A stretch of 64,000 bases of DNA from Octopus bimaculoides (lineage: Eukaryota). Shown in pieces: positions 13,561 through 27,500 of the stretch. The stretch spans positions 9,149,604 to 9,213,603 of the forward strand of contig NC_069000.1 in NCBI RefSeq assembly GCF_001194135.2, read 5' to 3'. The stretch's first letter is position 1; every line of letters begins with the position of its first letter. The notes beneath the pieces are model-generated. The model had not been told where the DNA came from. It searched no databases and saw only the letters and a program-made list of their open reading frames with translations. A program made the translations under genes and the position numbers.

Positions 13561-13775
13561 CCCTTTTGTTTCCATATTTCTGTTTGACTACATTGGTTTT
13601 GTTTAAATCAACTTTGAAAATAATGAAAAATTTACTAAAATAACTTTGTCACTATTAAGCTGCTGTTCAATATATATTAAAATGAAATTTTGTTGGAAGT
13701 TTTTAATTTAGATCACTTCAAAATGGAAAATTGTATCATAGAACCAAGTGTGGTTTCAGGTTGGTATCAAAAGGG
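13561..13775. mobile_element. TTAA-type MITE (piggyBac-like ends)
   Basis: ttaa|cccttttgtttcca ... tggtatcaaaaggg|ttca: about 14-nt terminal inverted repeats. Confidence 0.65.
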
Positions 13776-15381
13776 TTCAATATAATGGTGTAAGGAATTT
13801 TGAGATAAAAAAAGAAATCTTTTTTTTGTTTATATTTTTATTGGTATTTATTCAAAATATTCAAGAATTATATTTAAGGGGAAGTCACTATAATGATAGT
13901 ATATTGTTATTTAAAAGTTGTATTATTAAAAACACAAATTATGAAATCATTTCAGAATTCTATCAGTAAATGCTATATTGTGTTGATGTAAATGATGACT
14001 AACTCATGAGCATGTGGGAATTAACTTGGTTTCTTTGTTAGATGTTTTAATAAGAAAAGATTTTCAGTTATGTAAAAATTACAGAATGAGTCTGACTGTG
14101 TATAAAGATTGACTGAATCTAAAAAGCACTATTTAATATGGTAGGTTAAGTTATTAATTTTCAAACACCAAATGTTGGTTGCAAAGCTAATGTCTAATCA
14201 CCTCTGTTAACTTCTAAAAGTTTAACTATACTGGTGGTATTTAAGTTTAAATGGATTTGCAGTCAAACCAATTTATTCAATGTTGTGATAAATCTTGACT
14301 GTGACTTAGTAGATAACTGATTTTTTAAGGCAATCATAATTGGCCAGACTAAGTTTAACTGGCGATCACATTTTGCAGTGCTGTTGTTATCTGTGCTTTA
14401 GCAATTTAAATTATTCATAATTTGTTTTATTATTAATGGTTGATAGGATATTAGCAAAGTTTGATAGTGTTTTAACTAATACTGAATGATTTTGTGTTGA
14501 AGATGTTTTTAAATTTACATCATCCAATCTTCCTTTTCCTTATTGTGGATGGTATGAGTCATTCTGAGTGGTATTTGTTTGTTATTTCTATCATGTTGAG
14601 TAACTAAACACTCTTCATTGGCAGCTCATCTCTTTGAAGTCATCAACTTTGGTGACTTCAATGTACACAACACCTTTTGATTCTCCCATCAACACAAAGA
14701 AAGGCACATCGAACAATGTAAACCACTATACATAAAAAAAGAAAAATCAAGATTGTTAAAGCTAGATTACCTCTGGTCATAGGTCTACTCAGTCAAAACT
14801 GACTTGAGACTGGGCAGTAGCAATAAGAATGTGCTTCTCTTCCACAGGTTGTTTTAAGTATTCAGTAAAACATTTCCTCAACAGAAACCACATTAAATAA
14901 AGACAAGAAAGAAGAAACAGTTGTAACTGGTTTATTAAATATATATATTCATATATAAACAAAAACAATGTTTCAAAAGTGTATTAACAGCTGATTGTAC
15001 CAAACAGTTTCTAGTGGTTTGTTTATATATGGAGGAAAAAAAAAAAAATCTACTTTTATTAATTGATGCTTAGATCCAATTAATAAAACGTAAGTCCTTT
15101 TGACTGTTACATCTTTATAAGAACAATGTATTTCTTCTTTGAGAGGATCTCTTTATATCATGTCATGTAAAGTTAGGGTTCAAAAGTTAGAAGACGAAAA
15201 AAAAAAAAAGAATAATAAAAAGCTTCCATTTATCAAAATTGCTTAAAACTCAGTATCGGGTCTATAAAGCTCTTATAAAAGTAGCAAAACTGGAGAAAGA
15301 TCTCAACCAGTACTAATCTGTGACATGTAATTTTTTGTCATGTGCATAATAAACAGTCACCAGGATAAACCTATTCTTTCC

Positions 15382-15382
<1 letters not shown>

Positions 15383-15455
<73 letters not shown>
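15383..15455. repeat. (AAT)n microsatellite
   Basis: Long uninterrupted taa run. Confidence 0.95.
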
Positions 15456-15596
15456 TGGACGGTAAAATGTATCTTACAAAGAGGTCTTGAATTAATGAGA
15501 ATTTTAGGGTTATCCTTATTCATAGGTGTTGACATGTGTGCTTGTACATTGCAGACTATATATATGCATATATATGTGTGTATATGTATATATATA

Positions 15597-15657
<61 letters not shown>

Positions 15658-16457
15658 NNNNNNNNNNNNNNNNNNNNNNNNNNNNNNNNNNNNNNNNNNN
15701 NNNNNNNNNNNNNNNNNNNNNNNNNNNNNNNNNNNNNNNNNNNNNNNNNNNNNNNNNNNNNNNNNNNNNNNNNNNNNNNNNNNNNNNNNNNNNNNNNNNN
15801 NNNNNNNNNNNNNNNNNNNNNNNNNNNNNNNNNNNNNNNNNNNNNNNNNNNNNNNNNNNNNNNNNNNNNNNNNNNNNNNNNNNNNNNNNNNNNNNNNNNN
15901 NNNNNNNNNNNNNNNNNNNNNNNNNNNNNNNNNNNNNNNNNNNNNNNNNNNNNNNNNNNNNNNNNNNNNNNNNNNNNNNNNNNNNNNNNNNNNNNNNNNN
16001 NNNNNNNNNNNNNNNNNNNNNNNNNNNNNNNNNNNNNNNNNNNNNNNNNNNNNNNNNNNNNNNNNNNNNNNNNNNNNNNNNNNNNNNNNNNNNNNNNNNN
16101 NNNNNNNNNNNNNNNNNNNNNNNNNNNNNNNNNNNNNNNNNNNNNNNNNNNNNNNNNNNNNNNNNNNNNNNNNNNNNNNNNNNNNNNNNNNNNNNNNNNN
16201 NNNNNNNNNNNNNNNNNNNNNNNNNNNNNNNNNNNNNNNNNNNNNNNNNNNNNNNNNNNNNNNNNNNNNNNNNNNNNNNNNNNNNNNNNNNNNNNNNNNN
16301 NNNNNNNNNNNNNNNNNNNNNNNNNNNNNNNNNNNNNNNNNNNNNNNNNNNNNNNNNNNNNNNNNNNNNNNNNNNNNNNNNNNNNNNNNNNNNNNNNNNN
16401 NNNNNNNNNNNNNNNNNNNNNNNNNNNNNNNNNNNNNNNNNNNNNNNNNNNNNNNNN

Positions 16458-16499
<42 letters not shown>

Positions 16500-16789
16500 T
16501 ATAGTTACAAATATATGTGTATATGTCTGTATTTGTGGTTGTGTATAGTAATGTTTTGTTGAGGGCATCTCTCAAATCATGTTAAGCATAGATATGTGTC
16601 TATGTGTTTAAAGATATGTACACAAAATAATATTAAAGTCCTACTCAAACAAAACAACAGAAAATAAAATATCAAAATAAATAACAATAACATCAACACA
16701 ACAGTAATAAAACTAATATTAATACTACAAGTTCAACTACTACAACTATTGTTACTACTACAAATAATAATAACAAAGATAACTATTCT

Positions 16790-17165
16790 TGATTTTAGCA
16801 CACGGACACATTCAGAGAGAAGAGGTATAGTGTTAATTTATAGAGAAGGGGTATAGAATCACCCTCACAATATTATTGGTATCTGTTTTGTTATTATCAG
16901 CGAGGTGAAAGGCAAAGTTAGCTCTATAAAATAATAATAACAATAACAATAATAATAATGGTTTCTAATTCAGACAGAAGGCCACAAATTCGAGAAAAGG
17001 GAACAGTCAGTTATGTCATCAAATATATGGCTGGTATTTATCTTATCAACCCCTAAAGGAAGAAAGGCAAGGTTGACCTGGGAAAGATTTAAATGGGGAT
17101 CATAGAGGGACTTAAGCAGACATTGCAAAGCATCTTGTCTAGTGCTCTACTGAATCTGCCAATTC
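16790..17165 (-). mobile_element. Two decayed SINE family 1 copies
   Basis: Reverse complement of the body (gaaaggcaaagtt...; gaaaggcaaggttgacc...ctgaatctgcc). Confidence 0.6.
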
Positions 17166-17592
17166 ACCACCCATATTATTAGTATCAATTATTATTATTA
17201 TTATTATTATTATTGTTGTTCTTACTATTGTTATTTTTACTATTTATTGTTATCATCTTCATCATCATCATCATTATTATTATTATTAATAACAATAAGA
17301 ATATTTCTCCTTAAAGCAAGAAAGAATGTAGATGCATAATAGAGTATATGCATGTGTGCGTGAGAGAGAGAGAGAGAGAGAGAAGAATAGAGAAGAAGAG
17401 AGAGATATAGATAGAGAGAAAGCATACAGAGAAGGCCAGGGACACACAGACATAAAAATCATCATAAAATGGAACCAACAAACTGTGTCTATAACAACAG
17501 TAATAAGTTTCTCCTTTTTTTTTTTCCGTTTTGTTCTCTGGTTTCAACTTCTATCATACTGCTGTGATTTACATGTTCAGAATCGGTCAACA

Positions 17593-17664
17593 TTATTCAG
17601 GGGCTGGTTCCTCAGTTGGGGCCTCTGCAACTTGTTCTACATTTTCAGCATCACCTTCAGTTTC
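17593..17664 (-). CDS. Terminal coding exon ETEGDAENVEQVAEAPTEEPAPE*
   Basis: Manual translation. Acceptor gttttggtag|GAAACT, phase 0, 23 codons plus TAA. Acidic Ala/Pro composition matches the upstream exons. Confidence 0.75.
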   Translation of the reverse strand, partial: ETEGDAENVEQVAEAPTEEPAPE

Positions 17665-17927
17665 CTACCAAAACGTGTCCATTGGAAGAACAAGTGTCAT
17701 TTGTGACAATTCAAAGGTTTATTTTATTATTGAATTGTGTTTTTATTATTATTATTGATATGAAATAAAGAAAAAAGAAAAATTACAGTTAAGATTGGTT
17801 ACAAACATAGATTCTAAACAATATAATGAATAAAAAAAGCACAAAAACAAAAACAGGATATACACATACACATAAAATTTATATTACATTTGAGTGGTGT
17901 ATGTGTGTGTGTGTGTATGTGTGTATG

Positions 17928-18014
<87 letters not shown>

Positions 18015-18998
18015 TATGTATGAGTGTGTGAGTTTACAAAATGCAGTAGCGCAGTGGATAAGAGTGTTGAAACTTTGACAATTGCAAAAATAATACAGTT
18101 AAAGATGAGAGATAAAATCAACTTGAGCACCAGATTACAGAAATTATAGACAAACTTCACAGAAAACCTGCTGCCTACCTATTCCTGACAGAAAACTGAA
18201 CTGAGGTGTAGATAATAAGATACACTAACAAAATATTTACTGAAATATCTGCAGTAGATCTGAAAGCAAGAGTTATTAAGTTGGTAGTCCAATGCTATAT
18301 TCTCTCAAGCATTCTACTGGTATATTCTTAACTTGGGCTAGTGTAAAGATTTTGAAACCTTGGACAAGAAATTTTGAAACTCTAGTGTTATCTTTAATAT
18401 ACAAATGTGAATTGTGAAACCAGTAGAGGGAGAGAACAGAACTGGCACATAGCATTCAAGAGGATGTTATACAATCACTTGATCCTATTAAAAATAGTAA
18501 CCAAATTTGCCTTAAAACACACCCTACCATCTTAGAAAAGGAACAGCTTACTGGAAAATATAATTCTAAATATACTATCTGTAAAAAATAAAGACATGAA
18601 ATAGTCATAAATTGAAGACCTGTGATAATAGATCTGTTCTGTCAAGACCTAATTGTGTCCAGTGGTAGCAATGGCCTTTATTTTAATTAAATAGAGAATC
18701 AGAAATTTGAATTAAAAATGAAATAAAAAGACAAAACAAAAGAATAAATACACAGCCAAGTATGGCACCTAGAGATGATTGGAGAATCATGCTGGCTAAA
18801 CATAAAGTTAGAAACATTACAAAATCCTTACTACACAGATTTAATAAACGGTTTCATTATTCTAAAGGCATGTGCAATTCTTTGCTCAATTGGTCATCTT
18901 TATTGGCTCTGTATCATAATTTCATTTGTTTTTGCTATACTACCACATGTATTCAATGAAAACTTTAAATAATAACGATAATAATAATAATAATGATC

Positions 18999-19032
<34 letters not shown>

Positions 19033-20941
19033 CAACAACAATAATAATGACAGAAACTAACAATGATGACTATGAAACATGAATGATGACTAGCTAGAAA
19101 TAATCCATCATACAACATAGAATTGATCAACCATGCAGCCATGCAGTCATGCAGAAGAAGAAAATACAAACTGTTTTAGCGAAGTCAATAAAGAGAAAAA
19201 CAAAAACAAAAACTTTTCAAAACTCAAAGTAGACTGAAACATTCTTTGTAGATATTTCAAAATATTCCAGATTTTGGTTCCATGAAATTTAAGCAGCTAA
19301 TAGCTTGGTGAAGTTGATAAAGTTCGTGTTTGGCTCAAACTGCAGCAGAGTGGTGTTTGGAGAGAAGCTACAAGCAAGGAGGGAGTCCAGAGCAATTTCA
19401 GTTCCAAAAAACAGAAATAGTGACATTGTAGAGTGACAAGAGGCAGATTCATCAAATGGATTTAGATGAGAGTTATACGGAATTAGCCAGTGACAGGAGT
19501 TGCAACGTGTTTAAGATTAAAGCAACTTAATTCTCTAATATTCCAGCCCACAATAAATAGATTTTTCAATGGTGCATATACAACAAGATGGATTGTGATA
19601 ATTTAAACATATTCCCATTTACATTGACTTCAAAACAACCAAGTGTTAACTAGAATTATTAGAAAGGAAAAGTGTCAGCTTTTATCACTTCCCTAGTATC
19701 ATAAGTGAAGCTGATCATAAAAAATGAATAAGAAATTGAAAAATTGGAAAATATTTACTACTATTGTTTTTATATTTGGTTTGCAACATTCCTGATGTGA
19801 ATTCGTGTGTTGAAAACAAATTTTGTTGTGTCTTGGGAGAGTCGTCATGCCAACCAACTGACTAATAATAAAGAAGTGGAATTGAACCTTATTGGTGTAA
19901 TGACTCTCCTAAGATACAACTAAATTTACGATTATATTATATATCTAGCATAAAAAAACTCAAGACATATAACTGATCTCTTTGTTTAGAGATTGTAGCA
20001 TCAACACACTACAAGACACATGGCAAATAGCAGATGTAGTGGATACTTTCAGAGCAATGGTCATGATATTTACTTCGGCTTATCTAATTAACTTACACTG
20101 TCAGAAACTTTTATGTAATCATAAATGGTACTTCAAAAGTCATACAATTATAAATTAATCTACTCCTATAATGCAAATGTATTTACAACAAATATGTCTA
20201 ACTAATCTGACAGAAGAAATGTTTTTTTCAACTCACGAAAACAATAATTGTGTTTCTTTAAATAAATAATCAACTCCTTCATTCAGATATGAATGAACAG
20301 GTTTGAAGGAGAAGAAAAATATGAAGTTGTAGTGATCATATATTTTCCCAAGTTCATTAATAGACAAAATATAATAACACCAAGTGGAAATCAAAAATTA
20401 ATTGAATTACAATTACAAGCTGATTTGGAAGTTACTTGATTTGTAATATTGAGCTTTAAAATGATGATTACTGAGGAAATATTGACTTTGGTAGTCTGCT
20501 GTTGCTCAATGTCTTGTGTAGTAAATAGGCACTTGCACAAGCAGCATCTCCTTTATGAACACTGTTATACATAATCAAAAACCTCTTAACCGAAGTAGAT
20601 GAAGATCCACATTAGGGCTTTCATGACGACTGGACAATTTTACTATTCCTATTTTGATTTGGACAAGATTTCAACTTCACGCTAAAAACCAATCAAGTCT
20701 AGGAGTATTTAGTAAGTTAAATGCAAAAGTATGCAAAATGCAGACCCTAATTTTTGTTCTTAGGCTCCTACTTCTGTGTTTCTTACTGAAAGTTTGTTTT
20801 AAATAATGAATTTAGCTCTTTTTTATGCAAGAAAGCTTTCTTTCTAAAACTTGTTTTTAAGAAATTATGAAGAAAATATTTAAGAAATCCAATTAATTCA
20901 ACACTCAGCAAACTATCTTTTCCAAACCAAGCATTTCCCAA

Positions 20942-20986
<45 letters not shown>

Positions 20987-21251
20987 CTTAACTTTCTGTC
21001 TACTCCACTTTTTTACTCTCTCACTAACAAATGGAATAAAATATGTGTAGCAGAAGGTGCACATATGAATTTCTTCTGATATTGTTTCTTCCTCAAGATA
21101 TCCCTAAAACATCATCTTAAACAAGATATCAGCAGTTATACTCTAAAACACAAATAAAGTGACTGCAAGAAATAGACTAAAGCAATGGCTTTTTGTAGTA
21201 TTGCTTAATATTCTCAGCAGATTTCTTTGCTATTGTGGCTTGGTAACTTAC

Positions 21252-22615
21252 TTGAACTTCTTCTGCATTCACTTCTGCTGCACTGGCTTCCAGCTGAGAT
21301 TCAGGATCTTCTGCTGTATCAGCAGTTGGACACTGAATAGATGCTTTGCTTCCTGTTTCAGATACACGTGCTTCATCTTGTGTGGGTTCTTGAGTGGCCG
21401 GTGGTTCCGCTGGTAAGGAACCTTGGCTTGGTCTTGGAGACATCTGAGCAGGAGGTGTTTTACTCGGTAAGGAAGATTTGCTTTCTCTTTGAGATAGTTG
21501 AGCAGGAGGTGGTGTTTCAGCCTGCACAGAAGTTTTGCTTCCTGCCTTAGGTGATGCAGGTGTTTCATCTCGCAAGGAAGTTTTGCTTGTTCTTTGAGGT
21601 GACTGGGCAGGAGGTGTTTCACCTCGCAAGGAAGTCTTGCTTGTTCTTTGAGGTGATTGGGCAGGAGGTGTCTCACCTCGCAAGGAAGTTTTGCTTGTTC
21701 TTTGAGGTGACTGGGCAGGAGGTACTTCAGCTTGCAATGAAGTTTTACTTTCTCTCTGAGATGTTGGGGCGGCATCTGCTTCAGCTTGCAATGAAGTTTT
21801 GCTTTCTCTTTTAGGTGACTGGGCAGGAGGTACCTCAGCTTGCAAGGAAGCTTTGCTTCCTCTTTGAGATGATGGAGTACCTGGTACCTCAGCTTGCAAA
21901 GAAGTTTTGCTTTCTCTTTTAGGTGACTGGGCAGGAGGTACCTCAGCTTGCAAGGAAGTTTTGCTTTCCCTTTGAGATGATGGAGCAGCTGGTACCTCAG
22001 CTTGCAAGGAAGTTTTGCTTTCTCTTTTAGGTGNNNNNNNNNNNNNNNNNNNNNNNNNNNNNNNNNNNNNNNNNNNNNNNNNNNNNNNNNNNNNNNNNNN
22101 NNNNNNNNNNNNNNNNNNNNNNNNNNNNNNNNNNNNNNNNNNNNNNNNNNNNNNNNNNNNNNNNNNNNNNNNNNNNNNNNNNNNNNNNNNNNNNNNGAAG
22201 TTTTGCTTTCCCTTTGAGATGATGGAGCAGCTGGTACCTCAGCTTGCAAGGAAGTTTTGCTTTCTCTTTTAGGTGACTGGGCAGGAGGTACCTCAGCTTG
22301 CAAGGAAGTTTTGCTTTCCCTTTGAGATGATGGAGCAACTGGTACTTCAGCCTGCAAGGAAGTTTTGCTTTCTCTTTTAGATCCAGCAGGAGATGTTACA
22401 GCCTGCAAAGAACCTTTGCTTTCTCTCGGAGATTGTTGAATATCACCTACATCACCCTGGACGGAACCTTTGCTTCCTCTAGATAATCGGGGTGACTGGA
22501 TTGCACCTTGCAGGGATTGTTGGCTACCTTTAGCAGATAAAGGAGGGCTAGATATTTTTTCAGCTGCAGGAAATTCTTCAGCAACAGGCACATCACCTAT
22601 TTCCATTAGAGGTTC
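21252..22615 (-). CDS. Large Ser/Pro/Ala/Glu/Gln-rich exon carrying an 18-aa tandem repeat array
   Basis: Acceptor ttctacag|GAACCT at 22616/22615, in frame with ORF 21269..22606 before the gap. After gap 22034-22196 the frame of ORF 21177..22007 continues the repeats. Consensus donor CAA|GTAAGT at 21252/21251. Confidence 0.88.
21430..22430 (-). repeat. Coding minisatellite, 54-nt unit with alternating A/B (108-nt) higher-order structure
   Basis: Unit starts gaagttttgc at 21901, 21955, 22009, then 22197, 22251, 22305, 22359 (54-nt spacing). Peptides SLQAEVPPAQSPKRESKT and SLQAEVPAAPSSQRESKT. Confidence 0.95.
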
Positions 22616-23285
22616 CTGTAGAATTATTTATAAAATATAATAAGTAAAACATGCAAGATTCAACATAAACATAGAACATATTAAACATGCTGCCATTGAC
22701 AAACTGTTTTGATAGACATAAACACAGAATTAAAAAACATTATTTTTGGTATGACAAGGGAAAGTACATTGAAAATTATCATCATCATCGTATTAACGCT
22801 ATTGTTATCCCTAATATCATTAGTTTCTACATCTATTAAATAAAGCTTATATAGTTATATAAGAGTGTGTGTATGTGTGAGAGGGGGAGAGAGATAGGAG
22901 AGAAGAGAAAGAGGGGAGAGGCAGAGGAAAAGAGAGAGTGAGTGGGGGAGGGCCGTAGGCTTCAACCAACAGAGATAAAAGAAGTTTTCAACTTTTAGTG
23001 GTATTAATACAGTATATTAAACCTTGCATAAATTTTTAAAGTTTTAATTATGCAACACTGGGAAATTTGTGTCTCTTGCTGCAAGGGGCTTGAGAAGAAT
23101 ATATTAACATCAGTTCATTGTCCTAAAAGGAAGCCGAAAGGAAAAGTTGATCAGGCATAAAGGTAATTAACTACTACAGAACAAAATATCACAAGGTATT
23201 GTTGATCAATGCACTGATTCTGCCATCTTGTGATGCTATTAACCCATATGCTCAAACACTGCAGTGATAGGTGGAAGGGAGTAAT

Positions 23286-23287
<2 letters not shown>

Positions 23288-23352
<65 letters not shown>
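23288..23352. repeat. (AG)n microsatellite (similar tracts about 10760-10815 and 44008-44080)
   Basis: Direct reading. Confidence 0.95.
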
Positions 23353-23355
<3 letters not shown>

Positions 23356-23657
23356 ATAGTGTCAGGGGTTAATGAGAGTAGTTGGGTTTGGGGTTGAAAA
23401 GGAGGATAATATAGGAAGAGGTAGGAGTAAAGAATTTATGGCTACACTGACTGGCAGAACAGAAAGAATAGTAATGGGTTCTATTTTTCATTAACTTTTG
23501 CCAGAGTAATTCAGTAGATATGAGTGACAAATGGTAGAAGGGAAAGGAGAGGGCCACAAGCATAGACACATATGGAATTTTTATTTTTCTGATGGAAGTA
23601 GAGTTCAACTGTTTCTCTGTTTACTATAAATTTGATTTTTTTTTTTCTAACTTAACT

Positions 23658-23960
23658 TTAAGACCCTTTGATTCCAGGCTTTGCTTCCACACCTAGAATT
23701 TCTTTTTCTGCTAAAATTTCAGCTATAAGAATGAGGTCATCAGCATAAAGGAATTCTGATAAGCAACCAATCTTATAATAAAAACAAAAAAACAAAACGA
23801 AAAAAATCCTTCTTACAGCCTGGAGGTCTATAATGAATGGGAGAGAACTGAGGACTGAGCCTTGGTGAACTCCTACCTGCACACTATCATGGCTGTACTT
23901 GGTGCTAACTCTCAGATTATCCATATACTTTAACTTCAACACCTCACCTATAGTATCTAC
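23658..23960 (-). mobile_element. Decayed RTE-clade LINE, reverse transcriptase core
   Basis: Translation VQVGVHQGSVLSSLPFIIDLQA...FLYADDLILIAE contains the RT QG and YADD motifs. Confidence 0.85.
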
Positions 23961-24329
23961 CCTTTTTCATATTCTCCTTCTTAGTTGTTGGGGCTCTAGT
24001 TTTGTGAATAAAGTCATGCATGACTCCTTTACAGGTGAAGAGATTTATTGAAAATTTCTTATATCTCTACTTCTCATGTCATCTCAGCATGTATCTTTTG
24101 TTTTTAACAATACAGCTAAGATCATTTAGTTAAATGTATGTACTGTACATTGTTTCTATGGGTAAAAGTTATATGTCCATCTTAGAAAATTAGTGATATT
24201 GTGTACAGAGTGAAACAGGTATTGTGTGAGCCCACAGAATTTCAAACTAATTTAAGCAAAGCTATCTACTTAAAACAGTTTCATCAAAAAGGTTCCAAGT
24301 TAAAAATCCAATCTGGGTGTTTATTTAAA

Positions 24330-24363
24330 AGTGGGGGAGAGCTTTTACCTCTGTTGGCAACCA

Positions 24364-24401
<38 letters not shown>

Positions 24402-24545
24402 AAGTGAAAAGAAGATTGTATGATGCATGCATATAAAAGCAATTCTACATGATAGTGAGATGTGGGCCTTGAATGCAGAGGACATGCAAAGGCTAGAGAG
24501 GAATGAAGCTAGTATGCTCTGCTGGATGTGCAATGTTTCAATATT
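24330..24545 (+). mobile_element. Decayed RTE-clade LINE, region C-terminal to the RT core
   Basis: ELLPLLATK, interrupted by (TC)n, then AILHDSEMWALNAEDMQRLERNEASMLCWMCNVS, typical of RTE ORF ends. Confidence 0.8.
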
Positions 24546-27500
24546 CACCAAGATCTTTCAGTATTTTTTATCATTCCTTTCAGTTTGTTTACACACATTT
24601 CCATTTTTATCATGAAAAAAAAAAATCAATGATTCACAAAACCATACACATGCATACAGAAAGTCTATGTCTAAAAAAGATAGTGGGAGGGAGAAAGAGT
24701 GACAGTTTAGGCCAAATAGTACAAACATTATATGTTGTGTGTGTGTGCAGAACACATATATCTTTAATATAAATAGTGCAGAAAGTAATGTTAAAAACTC
24801 AAGATGCAATATTCTTTGAAACACACACATTATTCTTCTCTTGTTCAAAAGGTAAAAAATAATAAATGATATTGTTTAGCTTATCAAGAATAAATAACAC
24901 ATCCTCTCTGTTTCATTTTCTCTCTTATACTTTTATTGTTTTATTGATAGTCTCTTTCTAAATAACAATTATTGTTGCTTCCATGACTCAATGTTGCTTC
25001 ACAACCTATCTAAATTGGAATTTATTTGAGAAATTTTAGTTAAAGTTTTCTAAAATGTTAGCAATAAATTGCTTAACAAACTCTTTGTTTATAGTATAAA
25101 GAAACACTCAATTGTATGTAGGGGCAAGAATTCTAGGCATCTCTACTATATTTTCTATCTTTTGAAAACTTTTATATATGATGCAAGCAATATGAAATAC
25201 AGAATACAAAATTTTTCCTTGACATAAGCAGTTTAAAACATAGATGTGTGCTGAAAATGTTTCATTCAGAGAATTAATATGACTCAAAAAGAAGAGTGCT
25301 GTAGTCACAATTGCAAATACATTAATTGCTAATCAGAAAATAATGCATATGGTTTCAGTGAGTAGATTAGTAAAAAATATTATTCTACAATGCAAGTACC
25401 ACAGTTTGTGGAAATAGAAACAAAATGATAATAAATTTTGTTAGACCAAATTTGAACAAAACACAAAATGGTTAGAATAAAAATCAGAAACAAGGCAAAC
25501 ATTTTTAGCTGTAAAATAAATACTTTCATTGTTATTTCTCATATAAATACTGAAAGAATAATCTAGAATCATTACAAATTTTGTACAAAATAAGCAATCA
25601 AAGCTGTCTTGTCATATTTTACTGCAATAGAAAAAAAATAAATTAGCTATACATTAGATGCATGAATGTGATCAAATCTACCTTTTGGAAATTAGATAAT
25701 AGAAAATTAGACCTTTGTGTGTGTGACAAAAATGTGGCATCAGGTGCTAAAATTTATAAGAGTTTTAACTAAATGCAATAGGAGTTTGAAACAAAATCCA
25801 ATAATTCATTCATAATATAATCTTCAATATTGCAAAATCAGGGCAGTTGAGAGTGGGTGGCAGGAACCTAATATTGGCAGCAATAACTTTACATGATTAA
25901 TGTGACATTTTTAGAATATAAAAAAAAAAAAAAACCCAAATGCAAAGAAGAAATAGTTGAAACCTTAATCAGATGTGCAACTGACTGGGAAGTTACAAGC
26001 AGTGCTTAAGCTTTTACCATGATCCAGTATTGCATACTAATGAAGACACCAAGTCACAATTTAGCAAAGAGAATAATCGATCATATTGAACTAGTATTTA
26101 ACTAGTAATTTATTTTACTGATCATCCCCAAGCATGAGAGGGAAAAAACTGACCCAAGTGGAATTTGATCTCAGAACTAAATATTGCAAGGCATTTTGTC
26201 CTTTATTCTATCAATTCTGACAATTCACTATTCATATATTGCTAAGAATTGGTTATATTCCACTACAAATTAATATTAATGAATGCTATATAGTAAATAA
26301 TTTTATCTAGCTAGGACTGGCTGGAATCTTATGAAGTGTACTAAATTTCTCTATGTAACCATGAAAAAGAAGACATTAAAATGATGATGATGATGTAATC
26401 TAAAGAATACAAACACAATCAGGGAGCTGTTTAATGCATTTTATAATCATTAAATGGCACATGACCTCGCTGCAGGTGTGGCTGTGCGGGTAAGAAGTTT
26501 ACTGTGCAACAATGTAATCCAAGTTTGATCTCAGTGTGTGACATTTGGGGGCAAGAATCTTCGACCACACCCTCAGGTTGTGTGAAATTTGGTTGAAGGA
26601 AATTGTGAAAATTTGTCACACACACACACACACACATGCACATGTGCAAGTGTGTATATGTGTATAACTTTGATGTAAGCTGGTGAAGGCTGTAAATATT
26701 AAGGAAACTGAGTAACTGGTGCTTTTCAAACAAAGTCTCTCACATTATGTGCTTTGCCTCAAGTTTGAAGTTCCCATCATTTTTGCAATAGGAAATGCAG
26801 CGAATCAATGATTGTCCCATTTAAAACCTGTAAACAACAACACTACAATTCACAAATTAGGATATTAAATAAAATATTGCATGATTTAATGCAAGCATTT
26901 TAGTGCAAGAAATTGTCATCACTGCCATCAACATTACTATGACTACCAACAACAAACAATGACCATCACAAACAACAAATAAACATCATCACCACCAGTA
27001 TTTACCATTATCATCACTTATTTTCCCATCTTTTTCTCTGACTTTCTTTTCCTCTCTCCCCTTTGAGTTACTTCCCTCAGTGTAACACAATAGGAAGGTA
27101 AGAATGTATTATGATATCAAATACGATCTATGCTTTTGATTAAGAAACATTTGACCAGAAACCAAGAACAGATATAAGCAACAGAACTTTTCACCACCCA
27201 AATCAATAAAAACTATCAACAAGGGACTCTTTGAGTCAACCTGCTTGAAATAACAATCTCCCTCAAATCACAAGCTGTCTTTAGAAAAGAAAATTTCAAT
27301 ATGCCTAGAAAAGGATTGTGAAGGTCATATATAAAATGTCACTGATTATCATAGGTCTACTCAATCAAGATTAACTTGGAACAAAACAAGTCTTTTTGTT
27401 TTTTTCACAAATTACAACTGAAACTGCACAGCACCAAACAGAACTTCAGTGAACTACAGATGAAACTGATTGATAAGATATCCTCTACAAACTGGTGTAT

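Noticed and set aside
21430-22430. Regular repeat array as CRISPR
   Set aside because: Contiguous in-frame 54-nt units with no unique spacers, in a eukaryotic exon.
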